This document shows positions 46,667 through 54,172 of a stretch of 64,000 nucleotides of DNA, piece after piece (positions within the stretch are counted from its first letter, which is position 1; each line of letters opens with the position of its first letter). Position numbers and translations under genes: made by a program. Under the pieces are notes generated by a model. The model had not been told where the DNA came from, ran no database searches, and saw nothing but the letters and a program-made list of their open reading frames with translations. The stretch is from an uncultured Planctomycetales bacterium (lineage in GTDB: Bacteria; Omnitrophota; Gorgyraeia; Aquiviventales; Aquiviventaceae), in NCBI GenBank assembly GCA_964373175.1, contig CAYJTP010000004.1:6651-70650 (forward strand), given 5' to 3'.

Positions 46667-47578
46667 TTAATAGCGCACCCCGTCGGTCTTGGTTAACCGT
46701 CGGAAGGCCTGCTGAAGGCGCTTGGTGACCGGGCCGGGCTTACCCTGCCCAATCACCCGCCCGTCGATCTTCACGACGGGGACAATTTCGGCAGCCGTGC
46801 CGGTCAAGAAGCACTCCTGCGCGTTAAACAGATCGTGCCGTGTGAGCAGTTCCTCCCGGACATCCAAACGCAGGGTTTCGCCAAGCTCCATGACGGTCCG
46901 TCGGGTAATCCCGCGCAGGACCCCGATGTACGGCGGGGGGGTGAGCAAGCCTGCCTGCGCCGCCAATCGGCGGGGCGCAGGCAGGCGCTTGCCAGTGACA
47001 ATGAAGAGATTCTCACCCGTACATTCGGTGACATAACCTGAGGGCGAAAGCATGATCGCTTCCTCATAGCCTGCGTTGATCGCCTCAATCTTCGCCAGGA
47101 TGTTGTTCAGGTAGTTCAAGGATTTGATCTGGGGATTGAGCGCCTCGGGGACATTGCGCTGGGTCGCCACCGTGATGAGCTCAAGCCCTTTCTCATACAG
47201 CTGCTTCGGATAGAGCTCGATCTTGTCTGCAATGACGAAGACCGTGGGCTTGGTGCACTTGCGAGGATCCAAGCCCAGGTCCCCCTCACCCCGCGTCACG
47301 ACCAGCCGGATATAGGCGTCCTTCAGCTTGTTCACCCGAAGGCTCTGCTTGACGATTTCAACGAGCTCCCCCTTTGAGAGGGGAATCTTCAGCATGATCG
47401 TATGGGCAGATTCAAACAACCGATCGATGTGCTCACGCAGCTTGAAGATCAGGCTGTTGTACGAACGGATCCCTTCAAAGACCCCGTCCCCGTATAAGAG
47501 CCCGTGGTCAAAGACGGACACCGTCGCAGCTTGGCTGTCCACAAACTTGCCGTTGAGATAGACTTTCATATCGGTCAA
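46667..47578 (-). CDS. ilvE: Branched-chain-amino-acid aminotransferase (PLP fold type IV) carrying an in-frame 13-aa palindrome-encoded insertion
   Basis: …SVFDHGLLYGDGVFEGIR…, …EAIMLSPSGYVTECTGENLFIV… then TGKRLPAPRRLAAQAGLLTPPPYIGVLRGITR. Homologues go from …F.V.dg.l directly to TPP…GITR. Confidence 0.85.
   Translation of the reverse strand: MTDMKVYLNGKFVDSQAATVSVFDHGLLYGDGVFEGIRSYNSLIFKLREHIDRLFESAHTIMLKIPLSKGELVEIVKQSLRVNKLKDAYIRLVVTRGEGDLGLDPRKCTKPTVFVIADKIELYPKQLYEKGLELITVATQRNVPEALNPQIKSLNYLNNILAKIEAINAGYEEAIMLSPSGYVTECTGENLFIVTGKRLPAPRRLAAQAGLLTPPPYIGVLRGITRRTVMELGETLRLDVREELLTRHDLFNAQECFLTGTAAEIVPVVKIDGRVIGQGKPGPVTKRLQQAFRRLTKTDGVRY
46943..46990. repeat. 48-bp palindrome GCAAGC-CTGCCTGCGCCGCC-AATC-GGCGGGGCGCAGGCAGG-CGCTTGC inserted in frame in ilvE (same family as the leuA palindrome)
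   Basis: Read directly. It encodes KRLPAPRRLAAQAGL. Compare leuA LPARRSARQAGQQ from CTGCCTGCCGCGCCGATCGGCGCGCAGGCAGG. Confidence 0.75.
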
Positions 47579-47610
47579 CCCCGTTGTGCCCGTTAGGTCC
47601 GTTGTGCCCG

Positions 47611-48318
47611 TTAACCGGCTAACCCGCTAACCGATGCCTGTCCTTTGACGTCCGAGACAAACTGCCCGTCCCGCAGCACCAGCCACCGATTGGCGAGCTG
47701 CGCCAGCTCATGCTCATGCGTCACCAAGACCAAACTTACGCGTTCCCGTCGCTGCAACTCCACGAGCAACCCCGCCACGGCTTGGCCCGTCTGCGAATCG
47801 AGATTGCCGGTTGGCTCATCGCAAAAAATGATCTTCGGATGATTGATGAGGGCGCGGGCGATGGCCACCCGCTGGAGCTCTCCCCCGGAGAGCTGGCCAG
47901 GCTTGTGCGTTGCCCGGCTCAAGAGCCCGACATGATCGAGGCAGCGACGCGCCCCTGCTTCAAGATCCCGTCGCCCGCGATGCCCGTCCACCAACCCCGG
48001 CAACATGACGTTTTCAAGCGCGGAGAGCTCCGGCAGCAAATGATAGAACTGGAACACAAACCCAATCGTGCGGTTGCGAAGGTTCGCCCGCTCCCGATCG
48101 TTCATGCGCACAAGCGATTTGCCTTCCCACAAGACTTCCCCCTCCGACGGCAGATCCAAGCCCGCTAACACATGCAGCAGCGTTGATTTCCCCGCGCCGG
48201 ATGGCCCGGTGATGGCGATAAACTCACCCGCAGCAATCGTCAGGTCCACACCCTTGAGGACGTGGAGTGCAACTGCCCCTGTTTGATACACCTTGTGTAA
48301 ATTGCGCGCTTCAATCAT
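47611..48318 (-). CDS. lolD: Lipoprotein-releasing system ATP-binding protein LolD
   Basis: Walker A GPSGAGKSTLLH, signature LSGGELQRVAIARAL, Walker B IIFCDEPTGNLD. MacB/LolD-type. Confidence 0.85.
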   Translation of the reverse strand: MIEARNLHKVYQTGAVALHVLKGVDLTIAAGEFIAITGPSGAGKSTLLHVLAGLDLPSEGEVLWEGKSLVRMNDRERANLRNRTIGFVFQFYHLLPELSALENVMLPGLVDGHRGRRDLEAGARRCLDHVGLLSRATHKPGQLSGGELQRVAIARALINHPKIIFCDEPTGNLDSQTGQAVAGLLVELQRRERVSLVLVTHEHELAQLANRWLVLRDGQFVSDVKGQASVSGLAG

Positions 48319-48401
48319 GGATCCGTTGAGCCCGTTGGCCTGTTTGCCCGTGAGGCCAGTGAACCGGCCAACTGGCTAACGGGCTAACTGGCATAACGGA
48401 C

Positions 48402-49583
48402 TTATTCATAGCGCAATGCTTCAACCGGCGACAGCCTCGCCGCCTGACGAGCGGGGTAGACCGTCGCGACCAGGCTGATCACAAACGCCGCCAAGACCGT
48501 CATGCTCCAATCGGACCATTCGATGCGAACCGGCAAGTGGTCCAGGTAGTAGATGGTGCTGGGCAGATGGATGAACTGATAGGTATCGAGCAGCCACACA
48601 ATCCCCCACGCCCCCATCAACCCACAGCCGGTTCCGATGAGCCCAATCACTACCCCCTGCCACGTGAAGATCCACCGGATTGATTGATTCGAGGCCCCGA
48701 TCGATTTGAGGATCCCGATGTCGCGGGTCTTCGCAATCACCATCATGATCAACGTCGAGACGATATTCGCTGCGGCCACGATGACGATCAGGGTCAGAAT
48801 CACAAACATCGTCAGCTTCTCAAGCTTCAAGGCATCAAAGAGCGTCTGGTTGAGCTCCATCCACGTCTTGACCAAGTAGCGGCGCCCGAGTTCGCTGGTT
48901 AACCGGGCTTTGACTTCCTCAGCGCGTTCGAGTCGATCCAGTCGAATGGCTAAGCCGCTGACTGCGTCAGACAACCCGAACAGCGCTTGCGCGCGCGGGA
49001 TGGTGACACCCACGAGGCTTGCGTCGTACTCATACATCCCGGAGCGAAAGATCCCGCTCACCACCAGCTCATGCAGCTTGCCATCCGCTGGACTGATCAA
49101 CCGCAACGGCTCACCCAGACCAGCCCCAATGTAGCGGGCCAGCTCCGTCCCAATGACGACCTCGCGATCGGAGGTGGGCAGATGCCCCATGACGAGATAG
49201 TCCCGCAGCTTGCTCACGCGGACTTCCCGCTCGACGTCCAGGCCCCGCACCATGACCCCGAAGGCCCGGTCGGGCAGCCGGATGATCGCCTGGCCGAGCA
49301 CAAACGGGCTCACCCCCGCCACATGTTCGGTCGCCGCCACCCGTCGGATCAACGACTCGACCTCCTGAATACCTGGCTCTGACTCAATGGTCAGATGGGC
49401 ATTGGCCCCAACCAATTTTTCTTTGAGGTCGTGGTCAAACCCGCTCATCACCGAGAGAACAACCAACAGCGCCATGACCCCAAGCGCGACCCCGCCGATG
49501 GACAACAACGTGATGACCGACACAAACCGCTCACGCCGTCGCGTGAGCAGATACCGCACACTCAACCACAGTTCGTAGCGCAT
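48402..49583 (-). CDS. lolC: Lipoprotein-releasing system permease LolC/LolE (FtsX/MacB-like)
   Basis: N-terminal TM, large periplasmic MacB-like domain, C-terminal FtsX 3-TM bundle (…ILKSIGASNQSIRWIFTWQGVVIGLIGTG…). Confidence 0.85.
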   Translation of the reverse strand: MRYELWLSVRYLLTRRRERFVSVITLLSIGGVALGVMALLVVLSVMSGFDHDLKEKLVGANAHLTIESEPGIQEVESLIRRVAATEHVAGVSPFVLGQAIIRLPDRAFGVMVRGLDVEREVRVSKLRDYLVMGHLPTSDREVVIGTELARYIGAGLGEPLRLISPADGKLHELVVSGIFRSGMYEYDASLVGVTIPRAQALFGLSDAVSGLAIRLDRLERAEEVKARLTSELGRRYLVKTWMELNQTLFDALKLEKLTMFVILTLIVIVAAANIVSTLIMMVIAKTRDIGILKSIGASNQSIRWIFTWQGVVIGLIGTGCGLMGAWGIVWLLDTYQFIHLPSTIYYLDHLPVRIEWSDWSMTVLAAFVISLVATVYPARQAARLSPVEALRYE

Positions 49584-49628
49584 CTCAGACTTCAGACATG
49601 AGACAAGAGACTAGAGACATGAGACTTA
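49577..49628. repeat. Heptamer-repeat element, copy g
   Basis: tctcagacttcagacatgagacaagagactagagacatgagactt, between the lolC start and the low-GC membrane gene. Confidence 0.75.
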
Positions 49629-50066
49629 AAACCGAAAATAAGTCGAGAGAGAAAAGAGAAATGCGATGACAACAGAAATTGGAACCACGAATCCCGCTAG
49701 ACCGTATAAACGCGAAAGAGGTTCTCCCATCCTTTGTTCCACCAGTCGGACTTCCTCAAGAAAGAATCTAAGTTGAAAGGAGGGATTGTACAGATACCAT
49801 CCTTTTAACAGCCGAGCGTTTGCTGTCCATGCAGACCACATTTTCAGCCAAAACGCTACGACAACTACGACAGGAGACAGCATAACCCAAACAAACCACA
49901 AGGGGGGCGGCCTGTTTCGAAAAACCAAAGACGCAGTCAGAATGGAACACCCAAACATGATGTAAGCAAGCAAATAAAGCACAAGTTGCCAGCGCTTCCA
50001 ATGCATTGCCTCAAAAAATATTCGTGCTAATTCACGTGCGAGCGTTCTCCTGTCAGTTTCTGGCAT
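49626..50066 (-). CDS. Hypothetical small membrane protein in a low-GC (~45%) gene. Probably horizontally acquired.
   Basis: 146 aa with 3-4 hydrophobic helices (…LVLYLLAYIMFGCSILTASLVF…, …LWFVWVMLSPVVVVVAFWL…). Composition differs strongly from the flanking lolC and lysS. Confidence 0.5.
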   Translation of the reverse strand: MPETDRRTLARELARIFFEAMHWKRWQLVLYLLAYIMFGCSILTASLVFRNRPPPLWFVWVMLSPVVVVVAFWLKMWSAWTANARLLKGWYLYNPSFQLRFFLEEVRLVEQRMGEPLSRLYGLAGFVVPISVVIAFLFSLSTYFRF

Positions 50067-50073
50067 TTGCAGG

Positions 50074-51582
50074 TCACTCAGGTTTCAACAAGGGAAATAA
50101 AATCACATCCTTGATTGAAGGCTGGTCGAACAAGAGCATCGCTAATCGGTCGACCCCAAGGCCCAACCCTGTGGCCGGCGGCATGCCGTATTCCAGTGCC
50201 TCAAGAAAGTCTTCGTCAACCATTCGGGGGGGCGAGGGGCGTGGGGCACGGGGCGAGGATCGGGTTTTCCCTCGCCCCCGGTCTCCCGCCCCCTGCCCCT
50301 GTTCCTTTAATTGCGCTTCAAACCGTCGTCGCTGCTCAATCGGATCATTCAATTCCGAGTAGGCGTTGGCGACCTCAAAACCCCCGATGAACAGCTCAAA
50401 CCGCTCCGCGATGAGTGGGTTGTCCAGCCGGCTTTTCGCCAAGGGTGAGAGCTCGGTCCAGTAGTCCGTCACAAAGACCGGCACGTCCTTGGTCTTGGGT
50501 TCCACGAGCTGCTCCACGACATGGAGGATCTGGGAGCGTGTCTGGGCTTTGAGCTCGACCTTCGGAAATCCCGACTTCGGCGCTTTCAACTTGCGCTGCA
50601 TCGCTTCAAGTCCATCTTGAGGACCCAAGTCGTAGCCGGTCTTGAGCAGCTCAGTGAATGAGATGATTTCCCAGTCTTTGGCCAAATCGATTGCCTGGCC
50701 TTGATAGGTCAATTGCAACCGTCCCAGCGTGTGCGTCGCGGCCCCCCGGATGAGTTCTTGGACCAACTTCATCATGTACGTGTAGTCCTCATAGGCGCAG
50801 TAGGCTTCGAGCATCGTAAATTCAGGATTGTGTTTGGTGGAGAGCCCTTCGTTGCGAAACGATCGGTTGAGCTCATAGACCTTCTCAAAGCCGCCCACGA
50901 GCAGTTTCTTGAGATACAGCTCCGGAGCGAGGCGCAGATACAGCTCACACCCCAACGTCTGATGATGGGTGACAAACGGCTCGCCCGTCGCCCCGCCTGG
51001 GATCGGATGCATCATGGGCGTTTCGACCTCGAGGTAGCCGTGCGCGTTGAGCGTGGAGCGCAGGCTGTCAAGCAGCCGGGTGCGCTGCTCGAATGCCCGA
51101 CGGACGGGCTCATTCGCGATGAGATCCAGATACCGTTTGCGATAGCGGATCTCCACGTCGCGCAGCCCATGCCATTTCTCCGGCAGGGGTTTCAGCGACT
51201 TTGCCAGCAAGGTGAAGCGGCTGACCTGAATGGTGATCTCGCCGGTCTTGGTTTGGCACAACCGGCCTTCCACCCCAAGGCAATCCCCGAGATCGATGTT
51301 GTCAAAGAGCTGATAGGCGGCCTCGCCCAGTTGCTCTTGGCGAAGGCACAGTTGGATCTTGCCGCTTGCGTCACGAAGATCCGCGAAGGTGAGTGCGCCG
51401 TGAGAACGTTTGGCGCTCAGGCGACCGGCGGTCGTGACCGTTTCGCCGTCGTGGAAGTGCTCCACCAACCACTGGATGGATCGGGTCTTGGGAAACTTGC
51501 CCCCATATGGCTGGATGCCGTGTGAGCGCAACGTGTCGCGGTGCTTTCGTCGTGCGGCTGTAAGCTCATCATAGGTACCCAT
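50074..51582 (-). CDS. lysS: Lysyl-tRNA synthetase (class II) carrying an in-frame ~25-aa palindromic-element insertion near the C-terminus
   Basis: OB-fold anticodon-binding N-terminus, class II motifs (…FRNEGLSTKHNPEFTMLE…), then …RRRFEAQLKEQGQGAGDRGRGKTRSSPRAPRPSPPRMVDEDFLEALEYGMPPATGLGLGVDRL… E. coli has …[37 protein letters not shown]…. Confidence 0.95.
   Translation of the reverse strand: MGTYDELTAARRKHRDTLRSHGIQPYGGKFPKTRSIQWLVEHFHDGETVTTAGRLSAKRSHGALTFADLRDASGKIQLCLRQEQLGEAAYQLFDNIDLGDCLGVEGRLCQTKTGEITIQVSRFTLLAKSLKPLPEKWHGLRDVEIRYRKRYLDLIANEPVRRAFEQRTRLLDSLRSTLNAHGYLEVETPMMHPIPGGATGEPFVTHHQTLGCELYLRLAPELYLKKLLVGGFEKVYELNRSFRNEGLSTKHNPEFTMLEAYCAYEDYTYMMKLVQELIRGAATHTLGRLQLTYQGQAIDLAKDWEIISFTELLKTGYDLGPQDGLEAMQRKLKAPKSGFPKVELKAQTRSQILHVVEQLVEPKTKDVPVFVTDYWTELSPLAKSRLDNPLIAERFELFIGGFEVANAYSELNDPIEQRRRFEAQLKEQGQGAGDRGRGKTRSSPRAPRPSPPRMVDEDFLEALEYGMPPATGLGLGVDRLAMLLFDQPSIKDVILFPLLKPE
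50226..50302. repeat. GC-rich hairpin element (GGGGCGAGGGGCGTGGGGCACGGGGCGAGG … CCTCGCCCCCGGTCTCCCGCCCCCTGCCCC) inserted in frame in lysS
   Basis: Read directly. It is translated as QGQGAGDRGRGKTRSSPRAPRPSPP. Related non-coding copies at ~20920-21000, ~31330-31400, ~40925-41000 and ~19250-19320. Confidence 0.75.
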
Positions 51583-51690
51583 CCCGTTAGACTGTTGTGA
51601 AACGACTTGGTTGCTCCTCCAAACGTTCCGTCACGCTGATCAGCGATGCTTCAGATCCATCGACCTCTATGAAACAGTCTAACGGGACCC
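51583..51690 (-). promoter_or_regulatory. lysS leader: 13-bp perfect inverted repeat CCGTTAGACTGTT…AACAGTCTAACGG enclosing ~75 nt. The 3' arm ends 1 nt before the lysS ATG.
   Basis: Plus strand ggtacccat|cccgttagactgttgtgaaacg…ctctatgaaacagtctaacgggacccc. No Shine-Dalgarno is evident. The motif GGRTCCCGTTAGACT also occurs at 11408-11428 upstream of thiS/topA. Confidence 0.4.
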
Positions 51691-51812
51691 CTCCAGCGTG
51701 CCTGCCTACCCCACGTCGGCAATCCTAAACGGGAATGTCGCAACAAGGGAGGACTTTCATTATACGAGAGGCTTCAAGGGGTGTCAACGAGCGCGGGCGC
51801 TGCGAGCAGGCC

Positions 51813-53381
51813 TTACGTTGTCCTAACCCTGTGTTTGACGAGGGGTTGGAACCAGAGCCATCCAAAGGCCACCACAAGACACAGCCACGCAAACCAGTCT
51901 CCCCACCTGGCATACAGGGTGTGAGACTGACTCGGCTGCACGTCGCAGACCGAAAACCCCTCAACAAAGAGCTCCTTGCCCTTCGAGTTCTGGACGCTGG
52001 CCTGCCAACGGCCGGTTTCATCAATGCAGCCGGACCAGCCGGTGTTGGCCGCACGGATCATCGGCACGCGCAGTTCCACGGCTCTGAACGCCGAGGCTTG
52101 TGCATGCTGGTACGCGGCCGCCGTATCGCCAAACCACGCGTCGTTGGTGATCGTAACCAACATCTGAGCTCCCCGGTTGACAAATTGTCGAGCCAACCCT
52201 GGGAAGATGTCTTCGAAACAGATCAACACACTAAAGCGGGGCGGGGGGCGGGGGGCGGGGGGCGGGGAAACCAACTCATGCCCGTGCCCCACGTCTCTCG
52301 CCCCATGCCCCTCCACGTCAAATACGGTGTACTCATGGCCTGGCACAAAGTTGCCGATCGGCGGCAAGACTCCCCGCAGCCACGGAAAGACTGACTCCAG
52401 AGGGATGAATTCCCCGAAAGGCACCAGATGAAGCTTGTCGTACCGTGTCAGGATGGCTCCCTCGGCATCCAGCAACACGGCGCTATTCGTCAGATACCAC
52501 GTGCCGTCCCGCAAGACACCCATCGGCGCACCGACCAACAAGGGCGTCTGGATCGATTGGGCCAATTGCTTGATCTGCATCGTCATCTGAGCATCTAAAC
52601 CAACATAGCCGGGTACCGAGGTTTCCGGCCACACGATAAGCTGCGGGTGGTGGCGAGCCGCTTCGTGCGTGAGCCGTTCATAGCGCTCAACAATGGACTG
52701 CTGAAACGCCTCGTCCCATTTTTCCTCTTGGGGGATGTTGCCTTGGACGACGGCGATCTTGAGCGGTGTGGTGGGAACAAACTGCTGAAGACGCGCTTTG
52801 CCATACGCCCAGCTTGCAACCACACAACCAAGTGCCAGGGTCATCATGGGAATGACGCGGTGCGCCTCACGCTGGCTCAGATAGCTCGCAATCGCCACAT
52901 TCACCATGACCAGCAGAAACGACACGCCCCAGACACCAGTTACGTCAGCGACTTGGATGGCCGTCAATGCTGGTGTCTGCGAATAGCCCAGGAGGTTCCA
53001 TCCAAAACCCGAGAGGAGATGACTACGCAGGTACTCAAGCGCAACCCACGCAGAGGGAATAAGAAGGTGATGGGTGATGGGTGATGGGTGATGGGTGAAC
53101 TTATGAGCGAGCCAGCCAAATACGCCGAAAAAGAGCGCGAGGTATGCGCAGAGCAGGGTCAATCCCACAAGCGTCACATGCACAAGCCACCAAATGGTGC
53201 CAAGGAAAAACACAAGCCCGACGAGATACGACCAGCCAAATGCTTGCCGCGGGCTCAGCGTCTGCAGACTGATCAGCCATGGGACCAGCGCCACCCACGC
53301 GCACCACGGCTGGTTCCAGTTCGGGAAAGAGAGAGCCAGCAGGACGGCGCTACTCAGCGCCAGGAGGAGCGATTGCAACAC
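51813..53381 (-). CDS. lnt: Apolipoprotein N-acyltransferase carrying an in-frame ~23-aa GC-rich element insertion in the CN-hydrolase domain
   Basis: N-terminal multi-TM region plus CN hydrolase domain (…IAVVQGNIPQEEKW…, …VLICFEDIFP…). Insertion …VFDVEGHGARDVGHGHELVSPPPAPRPPPRFSVLICFE… The start is read as GTG at 53379-53381. Confidence 0.85.
   Translation of the reverse strand: MLQSLLLALSSAVLLALSFPNWNQPWCAWVALVPWLISLQTLSPRQAFGWSYLVGLVFFLGTIWWLVHVTLVGLTLLCAYLALFFGVFGWLAHKFTHHPSPITHHLLIPSAWVALEYLRSHLLSGFGWNLLGYSQTPALTAIQVADVTGVWGVSFLLVMVNVAIASYLSQREAHRVIPMMTLALGCVVASWAYGKARLQQFVPTTPLKIAVVQGNIPQEEKWDEAFQQSIVERYERLTHEAARHHPQLIVWPETSVPGYVGLDAQMTMQIKQLAQSIQTPLLVGAPMGVLRDGTWYLTNSAVLLDAEGAILTRYDKLHLVPFGEFIPLESVFPWLRGVLPPIGNFVPGHEYTVFDVEGHGARDVGHGHELVSPPPAPRPPPRFSVLICFEDIFPGLARQFVNRGAQMLVTITNDAWFGDTAAAYQHAQASAFRAVELRVPMIRAANTGWSGCIDETGRWQASVQNSKGKELFVEGFSVCDVQPSQSHTLYARWGDWFAWLCLVVAFGWLWFQPLVKHRVRTT
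52237..52316. repeat. GC-rich element (GGCGGGGGGCGGGGGGCGGGGGGCGGGG … CCCGTGCCCCACGTCTCTCGCCCCATGCCCCTCC) inserted in frame in lnt
   Basis: Read directly. It is translated as EGHGARDVGHGHELVSPPPAPRPPP. Same GGGGCRNGGGGCAC family as the lysS element. Confidence 0.7.
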
Positions 53382-53391
53382 GACTCGACGC

Positions 53392-53679
53392 TTAGGGATG
53401 CCAGATAAGGCGCTGAACCGGAACAGCGTAGACGTCCTTCCGATGTCCGATGGTGATAATCCACACCGTGTGGCTTTCGATGCGGTAGATGATCCGATAA
53501 TTTCCTACTCGAAGCTTCCAGTAGCCTTTCAATTGGTGTCGTAGCGGCTCTCCGTAATAGGCAGGCTCGAGGGCGAGCCGCTGCTCGAGGGCCCGTTGAA
53601 TGCGATCGCGAATGTCACGGTTAAGACGAGGGAGGTCTTCCCGCAGGACGGCAGGATGGTACGACAGCCGGTAGGGCAT
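53392..53679 (-). CDS. relE: RelE/ParE-family type II toxin
   Basis: MPYRLSYHPAVLREDLPRL…LKGYWKLRVGNYRIIYRIESHTVWIITIGHRKDVY… Its start overlaps the antitoxin stop by 1 nt (TGATG). Confidence 0.8.
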   Translation of the reverse strand: MPYRLSYHPAVLREDLPRLNRDIRDRIQRALEQRLALEPAYYGEPLRHQLKGYWKLRVGNYRIIYRIESHTVWIITIGHRKDVYAVPVQRLIWHP

Positions 53680-53927
53680 TACCGGCGTCGCGTGCGGCGC
53701 CGTCCCCAGACTTCTTCGTGGGTCAGTGCGGTCTTTCGATCGAAGGTGGTCCAACGCGCATGGGCGGCCTTGGCCCAGTACGCATCTTCGTGCAATTCAA
53801 GCGCCTCACGGATCAAGTCACGGGCCTTCAGCGACAGCGAGACCTTGTCACGGGCCGCAAGTCGCGCGACGGAACGGAACGTCGGTGGCTCTAAGACAAC
53901 ATTCAATCGGGGTCGTTTTGTCGGCAT
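53679..53927 (-). CDS. Type II antitoxin, ribbon-helix-helix (RelB/ParD/CopG-like)
   Basis: 82 aa. N-terminal beta strand plus helices (RLNVVLEPPTFRSVARLAARDKVSLSLKARDLIREALE). Positioned and coupled with relE. Confidence 0.65.
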   Translation of the reverse strand: MPTKRPRLNVVLEPPTFRSVARLAARDKVSLSLKARDLIREALELHEDAYWAKAAHARWTTFDRKTALTHEEVWGRRRTRRR

Positions 53928-53978
53928 CGAGTCTCACCTCCGCAATGAGTGTATCAGAAGTGATGAACTCTGTCAACA

Positions 53979-54062
53979 CGCGCACCACGGCTGGTTCCAG
54001 TTTGGAAACGAGAAAACGAGGAGGACGGCGTTACTCAGCGCCAAGAGAGGCGGTCGTCTCAA
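53979..54062 (-). pseudogene. Diverged duplicate of the lnt 5' end (first ~27 codons), on the far side of the relBE cassette
   Basis: gcgcaccacggctggttccagtttggaaacgagaaaacgaggaggacggcgttactcagcgccaagagaggcgg is ~85% identical to 53299-53378 (gcgcaccacggctggttccagttcgggaaagagagagccagcaggacggcgctactcagcgccaggaggagcg). It translates to RRPPLLALSNAVLLVFSFPNWNQPWCAC*. The lnt N-terminus is MLQSLLLALSSAVLLALSFPNWNQPWCAW…. Confidence 0.8.
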
Positions 54063-54111
54063 GGAGGAATTAGGGGGCGTCGGCGTAGGCAATCGTGGCG
54101 TATCCCGTGGA

Positions 54112-54168
54112 ACATTCAGTCTCTTGTCTCATGTCTGACATCTGTCCTCTGTCGTCTGACATCTGATT
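54112..54168. repeat. Heptamer-repeat element, copy h
   Basis: cagtctcttgtctcatgtctgacatctgtcctctgtcgtctgacatctg, immediately 3' of secA. Confidence 0.75.
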
Positions 54169-54172
54169 CCAA

